A stretch of 64,000 bases of DNA, taken from contig JBDKUN010000056.1 of assembly GCA_039679675.1 (NCBI GenBank), forward strand, positions 64,001 to 128,000. Reading direction: 5' to 3'. Both the position numbers and the translations under genes were made by a program. Positions within the stretch are counted from its first letter, which is position 1. Each line of letters opens with the position of its first letter. Source of the stretch: Armatimonadota bacterium (GTDB lineage Bacteria; Armatimonadota; UBA5829; DTLH01). Below, piece after piece: positions 48,578 through 58,307 of this stretch. The notes below the pieces were generated by a model. The model searched no databases. It was not told the origin of the DNA and saw nothing but the letters and a program-made list of their open reading frames with translations.

Positions 48578-49921
48578 CTAAACAATAGCTCCCTGTTTTC
48601 TCAGCGTTTCCAGATGTAAACTGGCATTCAGGTTCTCAACACCCACATTCTCACGGGTTGAGAGTGCAGCGGCTGTGCCTGCGGCTTGTCCGAGCGCTGC
48701 GCAGCACGGCATTATACGGATCGCTCCGTTGCCGGCCTGCGTGCTGGACACGCATCTTCCTGCTACAAGAAGAGATTCGACGCCGAGTGGTATAAGGCAT
48801 CTGTATGGGATTTCGTACCAGTCTCCCGGAGGGGGCAAAACCGGCCTTGAGACCATATCTTCGTCTTTGGTATAACCCTTGCCGGAATGAACGTCTACGG
48901 GGTAAGCAAGCCGGGCTATCGCATCCGCAAACTTTCTTGCTTCTGCTACATCTTCTTCGCTGAATATATATTTGCCGGTAATCCGGCGTGTTTCTCTTAC
49001 TCCGATCTGTGAAGCCACCCGCAGCAGGTACGATGACTCGAACCCAGGAATATGCTTCTTAACGAACTTGACCAAAGCTGCTGCCTGTCTCCGCCCTTCT
49101 ATCTCGGCTTTTGTAAGGTCATCTGTATTTGTGCCGCTGACGCCCCCGATATGGGTCGTATTAAAGACGACTTCCCCCTGCCGTGGACGGCTGATGTAGA
49201 ATAACAGATCGCCGGGTAAGGGATACTCCCCGTGCTTTTTAGCTTCAGTTATGAGGCTGTAGTATCCTGCGACTGAGATGATACCCCTCGCAAGCTCTTC
49301 AATATCGCTGTCTGGCGGAAGCACTGGGAACCTGAACTGGTCAGGATGATCCTTCACATAAGTGAGTGCACAGGCCGTATCGACTCCGCCGACGTCGAAC
49401 ATCATTGTCATCGCCTGCGGGACGCCGTCAGGTCCGCCTGTTTCAAACGGAGCTCCCGCGAATGCTGCAACGTCACCATCTCCCGTGGCATCGACTGTAC
49501 AGCCCGCGCAGTACGTGTTTTCACCGGATTTGTTCGTTACTTTTAACCCTTTTACGGAGGCGCCGTCCATGACAGCGCCGGAGACCCACGAGTGCAGCAG
49601 TAATTCGACTCCTGCTTCGATAGCCATCTCCTGCAGGACGAATTTCATTGCTTCGGAATCGAAAGTATTCTCTCTGATGCCGTCTATCTCTGCAAGCTTC
49701 GCGCGTATATCGTCATATATCCCGCCAATGAGCGGAAGGCCTGTGGAGGTGCGATGAGTCATGAACGGGTTGACGAGCCCGGCCGTAGCAAGGCCCCCCA
49801 GGAACCCATAACGCTCAATGAGGAGCGTTTTCGCGCCCAGTCTGGCGGAAGCAACCGCAGCGGAGAAACCCGCGATCCCCCCGCCTGCCACTATCGTATC
49901 GTAACTAATCTGAGTAGGCAT
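48578..49921 (-). CDS. FAD-dependent oxidoreductase
   Basis: GGGIAG, ERYGFLGGLAT, DATGDGD, GVRETRRI, IPYRCL, GQAAG. Confidence 0.9.
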   Translation of the reverse strand: MPTQISYDTIVAGGGIAGFSAAVASARLGAKTLLIERYGFLGGLATAGLVNPFMTHRTSTGLPLIGGIYDDIRAKLAEIDGIRENTFDSEAMKFVLQEMAIEAGVELLLHSWVSGAVMDGASVKGLKVTNKSGENTYCAGCTVDATGDGDVAAFAGAPFETGGPDGVPQAMTMMFDVGGVDTACALTYVKDHPDQFRFPVLPPDSDIEELARGIISVAGYYSLITEAKKHGEYPLPGDLLFYISRPRQGEVVFNTTHIGGVSGTNTDDLTKAEIEGRRQAAALVKFVKKHIPGFESSYLLRVASQIGVRETRRITGKYIFSEEDVAEARKFADAIARLAYPVDVHSGKGYTKDEDMVSRPVLPPPGDWYEIPYRCLIPLGVESLLVAGRCVSSTQAGNGAIRIMPCCAALGQAAGTAAALSTRENVGVENLNASLHLETLRKQGAIV

Positions 49922-49963
49922 ATCAGTAGTTTATTATGCTATGAGTTGGGCTTGAAGTCAAAT

Positions 49964-49996
49964 AAAAACGAGCCCGCTGTTTTAGCAACGGGCTCG
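49964..49996 (-). terminator. Intrinsic terminator after the DUF1559 gene
   Basis: Minus strand CGAGCCCGTTGC-loop-AGCGGGCTCGTTTTT. Confidence 0.8.
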
Positions 49997-50030
49997 CAGG
50001 AACGTTTGATAAATAATCAATCAAACCAGT

Positions 50031-50852
50031 TTACGGAAGATTGTCTCCGTATTTCTGCGGATTCCAGGATAAGTCTGAATTCCAGGTATATGCACCATCT
50101 CTAGTATTAGGATCGCTGGGATCGTAGTAGTTATGGTTATACCACTGCGGCTCGCCGCCACCCCTTACAGCCCACGGTAGAGGCTGATCGTTGACTTGGT
50201 TGACACTGCATACGATTCTCTTCGGCGCTACGTGGCCGTCCATGAATGTGCAGTTGATGGTAACACCATTGGCAAGGCCTCTGTTGGTGTCACTCCAGTG
50301 CCAGCCATTGTGCTCATAGAAGAGGACTTGGTTGGCCGGGAATCCAAAGTCTCCATCTTTGCGGCAAACTGTTGTGCCGTTAGGGCCACCGAACCATGCC
50401 AGGTCGGTCGATGCCTTCCAGAAGTAGGAAACCGTGGCATTCATGTCATCGGATCTGGCTGGGTCGGATGGGCACCAGATGATGTCCTTGTTCTTCAGGT
50501 GCGTGTAAAGAAGTGTCGGCCATGTGGCATGCCCCGGATATGTGGTAGCCCCAATGGAACCTCTTAAACATGCAAACTGTATAAAATATGATGAGTTGAA
50601 AACGGTGTTCGGCGATGCAGGGTTCCTGGTGTTTAACGCGGAACTCGGCATCATCGCCTCGTAGTCTCCCTGATAAAGCTGTACAGCTATACCAAGCTCC
50701 TTCATGTTACTCTGGCACGAGGCTTTCCTCGCTGCCTCTCTAGCTCGTGCAAATACCGGGAAGAGGATGGCTGCGAGTATGGCAATGATCGCGATAACGA
50801 CCAGAAGCTCGATCAGCGTAAATCCGCTTTTCCTTCGGCTAATAGCTAGCAT
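50031..50852 (-). CDS. Prepilin-type N-terminal cleavage/methylation (DUF1559, H-X9-DG) protein
   Basis: [57 protein letters not shown] before ATG 50852. Confidence 0.92.
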   Translation of the reverse strand: MLAISRRKSGFTLIELLVVIAIIAILAAILFPVFARAREAARKASCQSNMKELGIAVQLYQGDYEAMMPSSALNTRNPASPNTVFNSSYFIQFACLRGSIGATTYPGHATWPTLLYTHLKNKDIIWCPSDPARSDDMNATVSYFWKASTDLAWFGGPNGTTVCRKDGDFGFPANQVLFYEHNGWHWSDTNRGLANGVTINCTFMDGHVAPKRIVCSVNQVNDQPLPWAVRGGGEPQWYNHNYYDPSDPNTRDGAYTWNSDLSWNPQKYGDNLP

Positions 50853-51344
50853 TGAACTACCTCCCTTGAAATTGTGTATACGCCAGTGCGTTGGATATTT
50901 TCGCTTGACGGTTGGCGACATTTCGATACTAAAACCGCTTCAGAAGTTCCTAGCTAGGGAATCCTCTCTTTCGTTGAAGACGACATAGTAAGTTCAATCA
51001 GTGTGTCGTGAAGCCGATTTTAATATAACGTTTGTCGCTTAATAGCCTGGCGAATCTTAAAATGGATAAATGAGTCAGCGCAACTACTCGATTCGCTGGC
51101 CTCACCTCCTCTGCCGGATGACCGGCGTATTACCGCACAATTGCTTGTATAGCCATTGGCTTTAGATCTGTGTAGCTATTGCAGACCAAACCGTGCGGAG
51201 CATACGGTTGCATGCTAACATGCCCGACAGTTCGTGTCAACAAAAATTCTCCAACATATAGAGAATGTTAGCTACACCCCTCTCGGATTTATTGACTGGC
51301 AAAACGCCTGGAATGTTCCCGAATTATTTTGATTATAGTAATCA

Positions 51345-53045
51345 TTATTTTTCACTTTTGACAAACTGCCATAAGGACCATCTTCCCGATGTGGATTCCC
51401 GGCGAAGAATGCAGCCCAGAGAAGGAAGCTCGACGCTTCTTTCTGTAAGAATATAGCCTCCGGCAGCCTGCGACACCTCTCGTTTGAGCGCATCTTGCTC
51501 GTTTGGTTTAGCAGTATTATCGATCTCGATTACACGGTCTGCATGACCCGTGACGAAAAGCAGGCTGGGGCGCCTCCGCTCGAAATGGTAGATGATCAGC
51601 TTTTCACCGCGCTCGATCGCCGGTATGGTCTTTCTGGCAAGAGTGTGCATCGGGTCGATATTGTAGCTGCTCCAAGCCGACAGCCCGATACTTCCCGCAA
51701 GCATGGCGAATATTGCACCTGTCAGAGCCCCTGCTGTTATTACCTGAGGGACAACTTTTTGCCGCAGAATGATGACAATCGTCCCGCATAGAAAAAGAAT
51801 ACCCGTGGAAAGAGCGAACGGATACATGACAACCAGCGCATCGGCTGCAGCCGGTGGTACCGGCTTGCCGCCCAGCATAACACCTGCCTGAGATTGCCAC
51901 AGTTTGCCCAGCACTCCCGCAGTCGTAAACAATCCGCCGAGGAGCATTCCTCCGATCACTGTCAGCACGCACTCAAGCCGGGCCAGGCTTTTGGTTTTCT
52001 CGTCCAGGAGCCTCCGCGCCGCAAGTATTGAAAGCGCGGGAAGCGCTGGCTGCACATAGCCCGGCAGCTTTGATGCGCTTATCGAAAAGAACCCTACTAC
52101 AACCGCTGCCCAGATCGCCCACATAGACCATTCGCCGGTGTTTTTATCATTCAAATGACCGGAACGGATGCCTTGCCACCATGCGATAGGCATCACGGCG
52201 CTCCATGGAAACGCGCCGATAAGCAGAATAGGGAGATAGAACCAGAAAGGCTGGTTATGCGCAAAGTCCTTGCCCAGAAACCTCGCCATTTGCTGGTGCA
52301 CGATGTATTCGTTGATGAACGCGCTTCCGTTCGCCCGCCACAGCGCCAGATGCCAAGGCAGGACTATCAGCAGGTACAGCCCAAGCGCGGCAACCCAGGG
52401 GATTCTTTTCAGCTCCTTGAAGTCGCGCGTTATAATCATACGCAAAACGAATGCAGCACCTGGAAGCAGGATACCTATCGTGCCTTTCGTCATTGTGGCG
52501 AACCCTGCCGCCGCGGCCATCAGGATATATCCCCAGCGTTTGCCCCTATTTCCTTCGATCCACCCGATTATCGAAAGAGTGAACCACAGCGTAAGCAAAC
52601 TATCGGTTATTGCCTGGCGAGACAGGCCGATCGTGAGAGTAGAAAAGGCAAATATCACCGCTGCGAGGCGGCCGGTCCCCTCCAAACCTCTGCGCCGGGC
52701 CCACCATAAAAGCGCGAGAGCAGTCAGCGCGGCGGCAGCTGCGGACGGCAGCCTGACTGCAAACGAAGTCGGGCCAAACAGCTTGATTGAGCCTGCCTGC
52801 AGCCAATAGAGGAGGGGAGGCTTGTCAAAGAACACCTGTGTTCCGATTTTGGGGATCAGCCAGTCACCGGAGTCGGCCATTTGCCTTGAAACAGTCGTAT
52901 AAAGCCCTTCGTCAAGGTCGAATACTCCGGCGGCACCGAGTCCATAGAAGCATCCCAGCCACAATACAGCTATCACAAAGATAATATGCGCAAATCGGGG
53001 TTTTGCCAGATTATTCGATACAGGAGGGTATTTTTTCTTCATCAT
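51345..53045 (-). CDS. ArnT/PMT-like (GT39/GT83) membrane glycosyltransferase
   Basis: DEGLY..RQM..GDW..P, DKPPLLYW, RLPSA, TKG, SKLPGY. Confidence 0.88.
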   Translation of the reverse strand: MMKKKYPPVSNNLAKPRFAHIIFVIAVLWLGCFYGLGAAGVFDLDEGLYTTVSRQMADSGDWLIPKIGTQVFFDKPPLLYWLQAGSIKLFGPTSFAVRLPSAAAAALTALALLWWARRRGLEGTGRLAAVIFAFSTLTIGLSRQAITDSLLTLWFTLSIIGWIEGNRGKRWGYILMAAAAGFATMTKGTIGILLPGAAFVLRMIITRDFKELKRIPWVAALGLYLLIVLPWHLALWRANGSAFINEYIVHQQMARFLGKDFAHNQPFWFYLPILLIGAFPWSAVMPIAWWQGIRSGHLNDKNTGEWSMWAIWAAVVVGFFSISASKLPGYVQPALPALSILAARRLLDEKTKSLARLECVLTVIGGMLLGGLFTTAGVLGKLWQSQAGVMLGGKPVPPAAADALVVMYPFALSTGILFLCGTIVIILRQKVVPQVITAGALTGAIFAMLAGSIGLSAWSSYNIDPMHTLARKTIPAIERGEKLIIYHFERRRPSLLFVTGHADRVIEIDNTAKPNEQDALKREVSQAAGGYILTERSVELPSLGCILRRESTSGRWSLWQFVKSEK

Positions 53046-53586
53046 GATGCTCTAATGCTACAGCTTCGGCGGACTTACGTCTAGACTTCGGACAAAATAC
53101 ATGCAGATTTGTGGATAGGATACTGAGCAATGCACCTGCAGTGACATCCATAGGAAAATGCACGCCGAGATACACCCTTGTGTAAGCCACCATCACCGCG
53201 TAGGCAATGAGTACGCACTGAAACCACCTGCGTTCCCCCGCGATCAACGCGCCCATGATGGCAAATGCCATGGCTGCATCGGCGGAGGGGAAGGAGTTGC
53301 CATGAAGGTTCAGAAGAAGATGTATATTGCTCTGGCCTAGAGCCAGCGCAGGCCTGTATTGCGGGAAAGTGTTCTTTATGATATGGACTATACTGATCGA
53401 GATAATCAGTCCTATAACCAGCCTGTGCAGTTTGTAACGTCTGAATTTGTAAACCAGAGCCAGCACAGGTATGAGAAACACGCCATGCCCTGCCCACCGG
53501 AAAATCTCGAAAAATGTATCGAGCGCCGGACAGTGATGCGAGTTGATCAGGTAAAATAACTTCAGGTTTAGAGGATTTAACTCCAT
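53011..53586 (-). CDS. PAP2-family phosphatase
   Basis: K.....RP, SFPSAD, RVYLGVHFPMDV motifs. Confidence 0.85.
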   Translation of the reverse strand: MELNPLNLKLFYLINSHHCPALDTFFEIFRWAGHGVFLIPVLALVYKFRRYKLHRLVIGLIISISIVHIIKNTFPQYRPALALGQSNIHLLLNLHGNSFPSADAAMAFAIMGALIAGERRWFQCVLIAYAVMVAYTRVYLGVHFPMDVTAGALLSILSTNLHVFCPKSRRKSAEAVALEHHDEEKIPSCIE

Positions 53587-53726
53587 GTGCTGGTGCCGCA
53601 AGCTCCTTTGACTGTATCGATTTAAGTTTAAACTTTCCCACTTTCTTCTGTCAACAACTCCAACAACAACGGTGCAGCGGTTGACCCTCAACACTTGTTC
53701 TGGGATAATCAAAGCAGAGGTAATAC

Positions 53727-55076
53727 ATGCGTTTCTGGCTCATACTCTTAACCCTGATGCTCCCATGTTGTGCATGGTCGCAGGCCGCCGAACCTGTGGA
53801 AACAGAAGAACCTGTTTCCATAGAGGCTCGTGTGATCGAGACCACGCCGCCGTCCGTGCGGGCGGAAGGAGATGTTGTCTTCCGGCAGGGTCAAAAGCTG
53901 CTTTTGGCAGATGAGGTCCATTACAACTATAAGGAACGCACGGGAGTTCTCACCCACGCGACATTTACAACCTGCGACGAAGAGCCCATGCATTACAAGA
54001 TTACCGCGAGAGAGATTTTGCTGACCCCCGATCAGCGCCTTAGAGCTCACCGGGTCCGAATCTTTCTCGGCAGTTTTCGTTTGCTCAGCCTGCCAAGCCT
54101 TGCCATCCATGTCGGACAGGCAGAAACTCATCAATCGATTATCCCACGCCCCGGCTACAGCAGTCACGAAGGGTTCTTTCTGGCCTCGCGTTACTCGCTT
54201 GTAAATAATTCGGAAGAGTATCTGGACCTTGTCTTTCGGCTGACAAGCAAAAACGGCATGCAAGGCGGCCTTATGTCGAGCCATATCCTGGCAGGCAATG
54301 CATCGGAAGCACCGGAATATACTCCTGATGCTGACTCAGAGCTGCGCCGCAGTTCGATGCTGCTGCCCCGCACTCAGGAAAATATATGCAAGTTTTCAAA
54401 AGACGGCCAGAGCCAACGCCTGCTGTCCGTATTCGGTGGAGTCCTTGCTCGTGAGCGGACATATGATATAGAAGAAAAAGACCTGCTTGTGTCACGGCTT
54501 CCTGAGATCGGTATCCAGTATATAAGCCCGCAGCTCTGCATCGCCAAGGAAGATGAACAGCCGGTATTGGGAGCTCACTTTGAGGCTCGCGCTACATGGG
54601 GCGATTATAAAGAAGACCCTGACGGTGAAAGAGCCGATAGAATAGACCTGCGCGGGGCCGCTTCGACGACACTTGCGACATACGGCCACTCTACGGCGCT
54701 CAGGATTGGCGGGCTTGCTCGATATTCAAGTTACGATACAGGCGAATCATATAAAGTGCTTGGCGGAGCGCTCGATATAAGCCGGATATTCCACGGTGGG
54801 TCGTATGCGTCTATTCGGCTTCTGGCGCATGGAACTTCCGGCTCGACGCCGTTCGAGTTCGACGACATAGACATCAAACGTGAACTTCAGGCCGCCGGAA
54901 GATATATTTTGGGGCGAAATACTTACGGTCTTCTTCTCGATTACGACCTGGAGAGACACTCGCTCCGTGACTGGGAATTTTCAATCTCGCGGAAAATGCA
55001 TTGTCTCGAACCGGGAATAAGCTGGCGGAACGATTATGACCAGATTTCCTTTACATTGCGTGTTCTTGGGATTTAA
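53727..55076 (+). CDS. LptD-like outer membrane protein
   Basis: Signal peptide; A.GDV, FTTCD..HYKITA, P.PGYSS.EG N-terminal pattern; beta-rich C-terminus. Confidence 0.65.
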   Translation: MRFWLILLTLMLPCCAWSQAAEPVETEEPVSIEARVIETTPPSVRAEGDVVFRQGQKLLLADEVHYNYKERTGVLTHATFTTCDEEPMHYKITAREILLTPDQRLRAHRVRIFLGSFRLLSLPSLAIHVGQAETHQSIIPRPGYSSHEGFFLASRYSLVNNSEEYLDLVFRLTSKNGMQGGLMSSHILAGNASEAPEYTPDADSELRRSSMLLPRTQENICKFSKDGQSQRLLSVFGGVLARERTYDIEEKDLLVSRLPEIGIQYISPQLCIAKEDEQPVLGAHFEARATWGDYKEDPDGERADRIDLRGAASTTLATYGHSTALRIGGLARYSSYDTGESYKVLGGALDISRIFHGGSYASIRLLAHGTSGSTPFEFDDIDIKRELQAAGRYILGRNTYGLLLDYDLERHSLRDWEFSISRKMHCLEPGISWRNDYDQISFTLRVLGI

Positions 55077-55244
55077 GCTTTGGAAGGAATAAGCATCCCA
55101 AACGGCGTAGTATTTATAATGGTATAAGATTTTGTTATATCGAAGCACTATGCTCCGATATACTTTAATAAAAACCTGAAAAATGGATGTATGAGGCTTT
55201 TATAACTGCCTGATCCATCCTTTCTTCCTTAATTGGAGGCAATT

Positions 55245-56585
55245 TTGGCAACAGTAATGACCCTTCCCCTCCTGGGGCAAACAATGGAAGAGGGAACAAT
55301 CACAAAATGGCTGAAAAGTGAAGGTGACGTTCTGGAAAAAGGCGAGCCGCTCCTTGAAGTCATGACCGACAAAGCTAATATGGAAGTGGAATCGCCCACT
55401 TCTGGTATACTGCGCAAAATAGTTGCTCAGGAAGGCGAGATAATCCCTGTAAAAGATGTAATAGCGATCATCGGAACCGCCGATGAGCCTATAGACGGAT
55501 TGATCCAGAAGCCTTCCGCCCCGGCAGCAAGCGAAAAACCTGTTGTTTCGGCTGTTGAGACACCTTCCGCACCAGTCGCATCGGTGGCAGCACCGGCAGT
55601 CGGTTCTGCTCACGTGATAGCATCGCCAAGAGCGAAGACCGCCGCCGCGAAACATGGAGTCGATATAACACTCCTCGCAGGCAAGGGAACTGGAGTCGAC
55701 GGCAGGATCGTCGAGCAGGATGTCGTCGCATTCGCACAGAATATGCCTGCGCCTGTAAGAGCAACGAGCCTTGCGGGCAAAGTCGCGGCGGACATAGGCA
55801 TGGATCTGGCTGCAATACCCGGTTCCGGGCCTAAGGGGAAGATCACAAAGGACGATGTGCTTCGGGCTGTGGCAGTCAAGCCGACAAGAACGTCCATCGC
55901 CAGGACCATACCGATGGCGGGAATACGAAAGATCATCGCGGAGAATATCTCCGCGAGCATCCGCACAGCGCCGCACGTCACACTCACTGCCGCAGTGGAT
56001 ATGTCAGCCTGTATGGAGATGAGAAGCCAGCTCCTGCCGGAGTTCGAGAAGCGCTACGGCGTTCGGCTGACCGTCACAGGGCTCATCGTGAAGGCTGCTG
56101 CAATTGCAATCCTCGATCATCCGATAATCAACTCATCGCTCGCGGAGGATAAGATTGTCATCCACGACGAAATCAACATCGGAGTCGCGGCTGCAATCGA
56201 CGGCGGGCTGGTCGTCCCGGTCGTGAGAGATTGCGATATGAAACCGCTTCATGAAATTTCGAAAGACATCAAGAGTTTGTCCACCAAGGCGAAAGCCGGA
56301 ACACTTACGATGGACGAAATGCATGGCGGGACATTCACAGTTTCCAACCTGGCAACATTCGGCGTAGAGCAGTTCAACCCGGTCATCAATCCGCCGGAAA
56401 GCGCGATACTCGGAGTCTGCAAGACAATCGAGAAGCCCGTAGTAGTCGACGGCAAAGTCGAAATCAGAAAGATGATGAACCTCTGCCTGTCATTCGACCA
56501 CAGGGTCATGGACGGCGCTCCTGCAGGCGAATACCTGACAAGAGTAAAAGAGCTTCTGGAATCCCCATATCTGTTGCTGGTATAG
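55245..56585 (+). CDS. 2-oxoacid dehydrogenase E2 (dihydrolipoamide acyltransferase)
   Basis: Lipoyl TDKA motif, two peripheral-subunit-binding repeats, DHRVMDG. Confidence 0.95.
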   Translation: MATVMTLPLLGQTMEEGTITKWLKSEGDVLEKGEPLLEVMTDKANMEVESPTSGILRKIVAQEGEIIPVKDVIAIIGTADEPIDGLIQKPSAPAASEKPVVSAVETPSAPVASVAAPAVGSAHVIASPRAKTAAAKHGVDITLLAGKGTGVDGRIVEQDVVAFAQNMPAPVRATSLAGKVAADIGMDLAAIPGSGPKGKITKDDVLRAVAVKPTRTSIARTIPMAGIRKIIAENISASIRTAPHVTLTAAVDMSACMEMRSQLLPEFEKRYGVRLTVTGLIVKAAAIAILDHPIINSSLAEDKIVIHDEINIGVAAAIDGGLVVPVVRDCDMKPLHEISKDIKSLSTKAKAGTLTMDEMHGGTFTVSNLATFGVEQFNPVINPPESAILGVCKTIEKPVVVDGKVEIRKMMNLCLSFDHRVMDGAPAGEYLTRVKELLESPYLLLV

Positions 56586-56591
56586 CCGGAT

Positions 56592-57353
56592 ATGGCAGTA
56601 GAACGAGCGCTCTTTTCCCGGTGTGACCTTCATGTTCACACGCATCTTTCGCCGTGCGGCTGGGATGAAATGACGCCTGAGGCGATCATCCAGGCTGCCG
56701 AGAGGATGGGGCTGGAGCACATTTCAATAACGGATCACATACACCCGTCGATCAATCCGGCTATAGTACACCAGCTCCGCGAGGAGTTCAGCCGGATAGA
56801 TACGAAGGTGCGGATAAATATCAGTTGCGAGGCGGATATTCTGTCCGTCAGAGAGAGTGTAATCGGTCCCGAGCTTATTGCCGGGACCGATTATATAATG
56901 GCCGCAGCTAACCATTTTGGTGCCCCGTGGGTGAGTAAGCCTAAAAGCAGCAGCAAATGTGACGTAGCCAGGCATTTCCTGGATATGTTCACCTACGCCG
57001 CCGGTCTCCCTTATGTAAGCGTCATAGCTCACCCTCTTTATGTAATGCCGGACACCTACGACCCGCTTGCTCCCGCCGAGCTTACTGAGGCGGAGCTTAT
57101 TCCCGCAATCGAGGTTGCCGCGAAGAACAATGTGGCAGTGGAGATCAGCCGCCGGGCCCTCGCGCCAGAGCAAAGGCCGTTTCTCGTGTCGTTCTACAGG
57201 CTCTGCAAAGAGGCGGGACTGAAGTTCTCTATCGGAAACGACGCGCACCAGTTGAAAGATGTGGGGCAGACGTGTCTGGTCGAGCCGATTGTGCGCGAAC
57301 TGGGCCTGACGGATGAAGACATCTGGCTGCCATGCAGTAGAACGTCATGGTGA
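56592..57353 (+). CDS. PHP-domain phosphoesterase
   Basis: DLHVHT, ITDH, IAHP, GNDAH. Confidence 0.88.
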   Translation: MAVERALFSRCDLHVHTHLSPCGWDEMTPEAIIQAAERMGLEHISITDHIHPSINPAIVHQLREEFSRIDTKVRINISCEADILSVRESVIGPELIAGTDYIMAAANHFGAPWVSKPKSSSKCDVARHFLDMFTYAAGLPYVSVIAHPLYVMPDTYDPLAPAELTEAELIPAIEVAAKNNVAVEISRRALAPEQRPFLVSFYRLCKEAGLKFSIGNDAHQLKDVGQTCLVEPIVRELGLTDEDIWLPCSRTSW

Positions 57354-57362
57354 ACGCCCACA

Positions 57363-57478
57363 ACGTCATGCTGAGCTTGACTCAGCATCCAGGAAAGCTT
57401 ATCAAATTAGTGGAGACTCCTGCTTCGGGATGAAAAGCGATCCCGAAGCATACGGAACTCCTTGGTTCAGGGTGACGT
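57363..57478. repeat. REP-like palindromic element
   Basis: ACGTCATGCTGAGC.../...GTTCAGGGTGACGT outer inverted repeat with internal hairpins. Confidence 0.6.
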
Positions 57479-57521
57479 GGTTATTGTTCAAGATGATGTC
57501 TTTACTGAAAGCTGACTATTC

Positions 57522-58307
57522 CTACACAAAGCTGTGAAGCGCCGTCGTAAGCGCTATCAGGCCAGCACCTATTATCAAAACCGAGTTTGCCCGTTTTCCG
57601 CGCCAGCCTGCGCTGCTATGGGCTATCAGGTAAAGAGCATATACCACCCATGTAAGCCCGGACGCCATCAGTTTGACGTTGGCGTTATGCGCTTCCTGAA
57701 TACCTGTAAACTTTACCCCTGCTATACCTGCCGCGATGCCTATAGTCAGCATCGGAAACGCGATTACGACTAAATGGAACCCAAGCGCATCTATAGTCTC
57801 AAGCGGAGGCAGCCTGCGGAACATCCCTTTGAACTTCTTTGACTTCAATAGCTTGTTCTGCACCAGATAGAAGACCGCGCAGCAGAATGCCTGGGCAAAA
57901 AGCGCAAAGCTCGCGATTATTGCGACTATGTGAGCCCTCAGCCACACATCACCTGCAAATGGTTGGCCAGTTGACGCAGGAAACCTGTAGACCAGCGTAA
58001 GCGCAATCAGCGAAAGGGGCATCGCAAGCGCACCAAGCGCTGGAATCCTGAAGCGGATAAAAGTCAGGAGATAAATCGCGGTAATCGTCCAAGACAAAAA
58101 GAACATCGCTTCCGGGGCATTTGCAAAGGGCAGTTCACCTGCGGCTGCCTGCATAACTAGCCTTACCGATTGCAGCGCGAAGCCGACAGCGGCGGCGGCA
58201 GTGCCGTAGGCTGCAAAATACTTTCTCTTTACGTGTAGATTCACAAGATAGAGTATGGATGCGATAATATAAGCTGCAAGGCTTGCGCCGAGGAGTGTCG
58301 ATGTCAT
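57522..58307 (-). CDS. Cytochrome c assembly protein (CcsA/HemX-like)
   Basis: Multiple TMs, WLRAH, RLPPLETID, GWRGKR; coupled to hemA. Confidence 0.85.
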   Translation of the reverse strand: MTSTLLGASLAAYIIASILYLVNLHVKRKYFAAYGTAAAAVGFALQSVRLVMQAAAGELPFANAPEAMFFLSWTITAIYLLTFIRFRIPALGALAMPLSLIALTLVYRFPASTGQPFAGDVWLRAHIVAIIASFALFAQAFCCAVFYLVQNKLLKSKKFKGMFRRLPPLETIDALGFHLVVIAFPMLTIGIAAGIAGVKFTGIQEAHNANVKLMASGLTWVVYALYLIAHSSAGWRGKRANSVLIIGAGLIALTTALHSFV

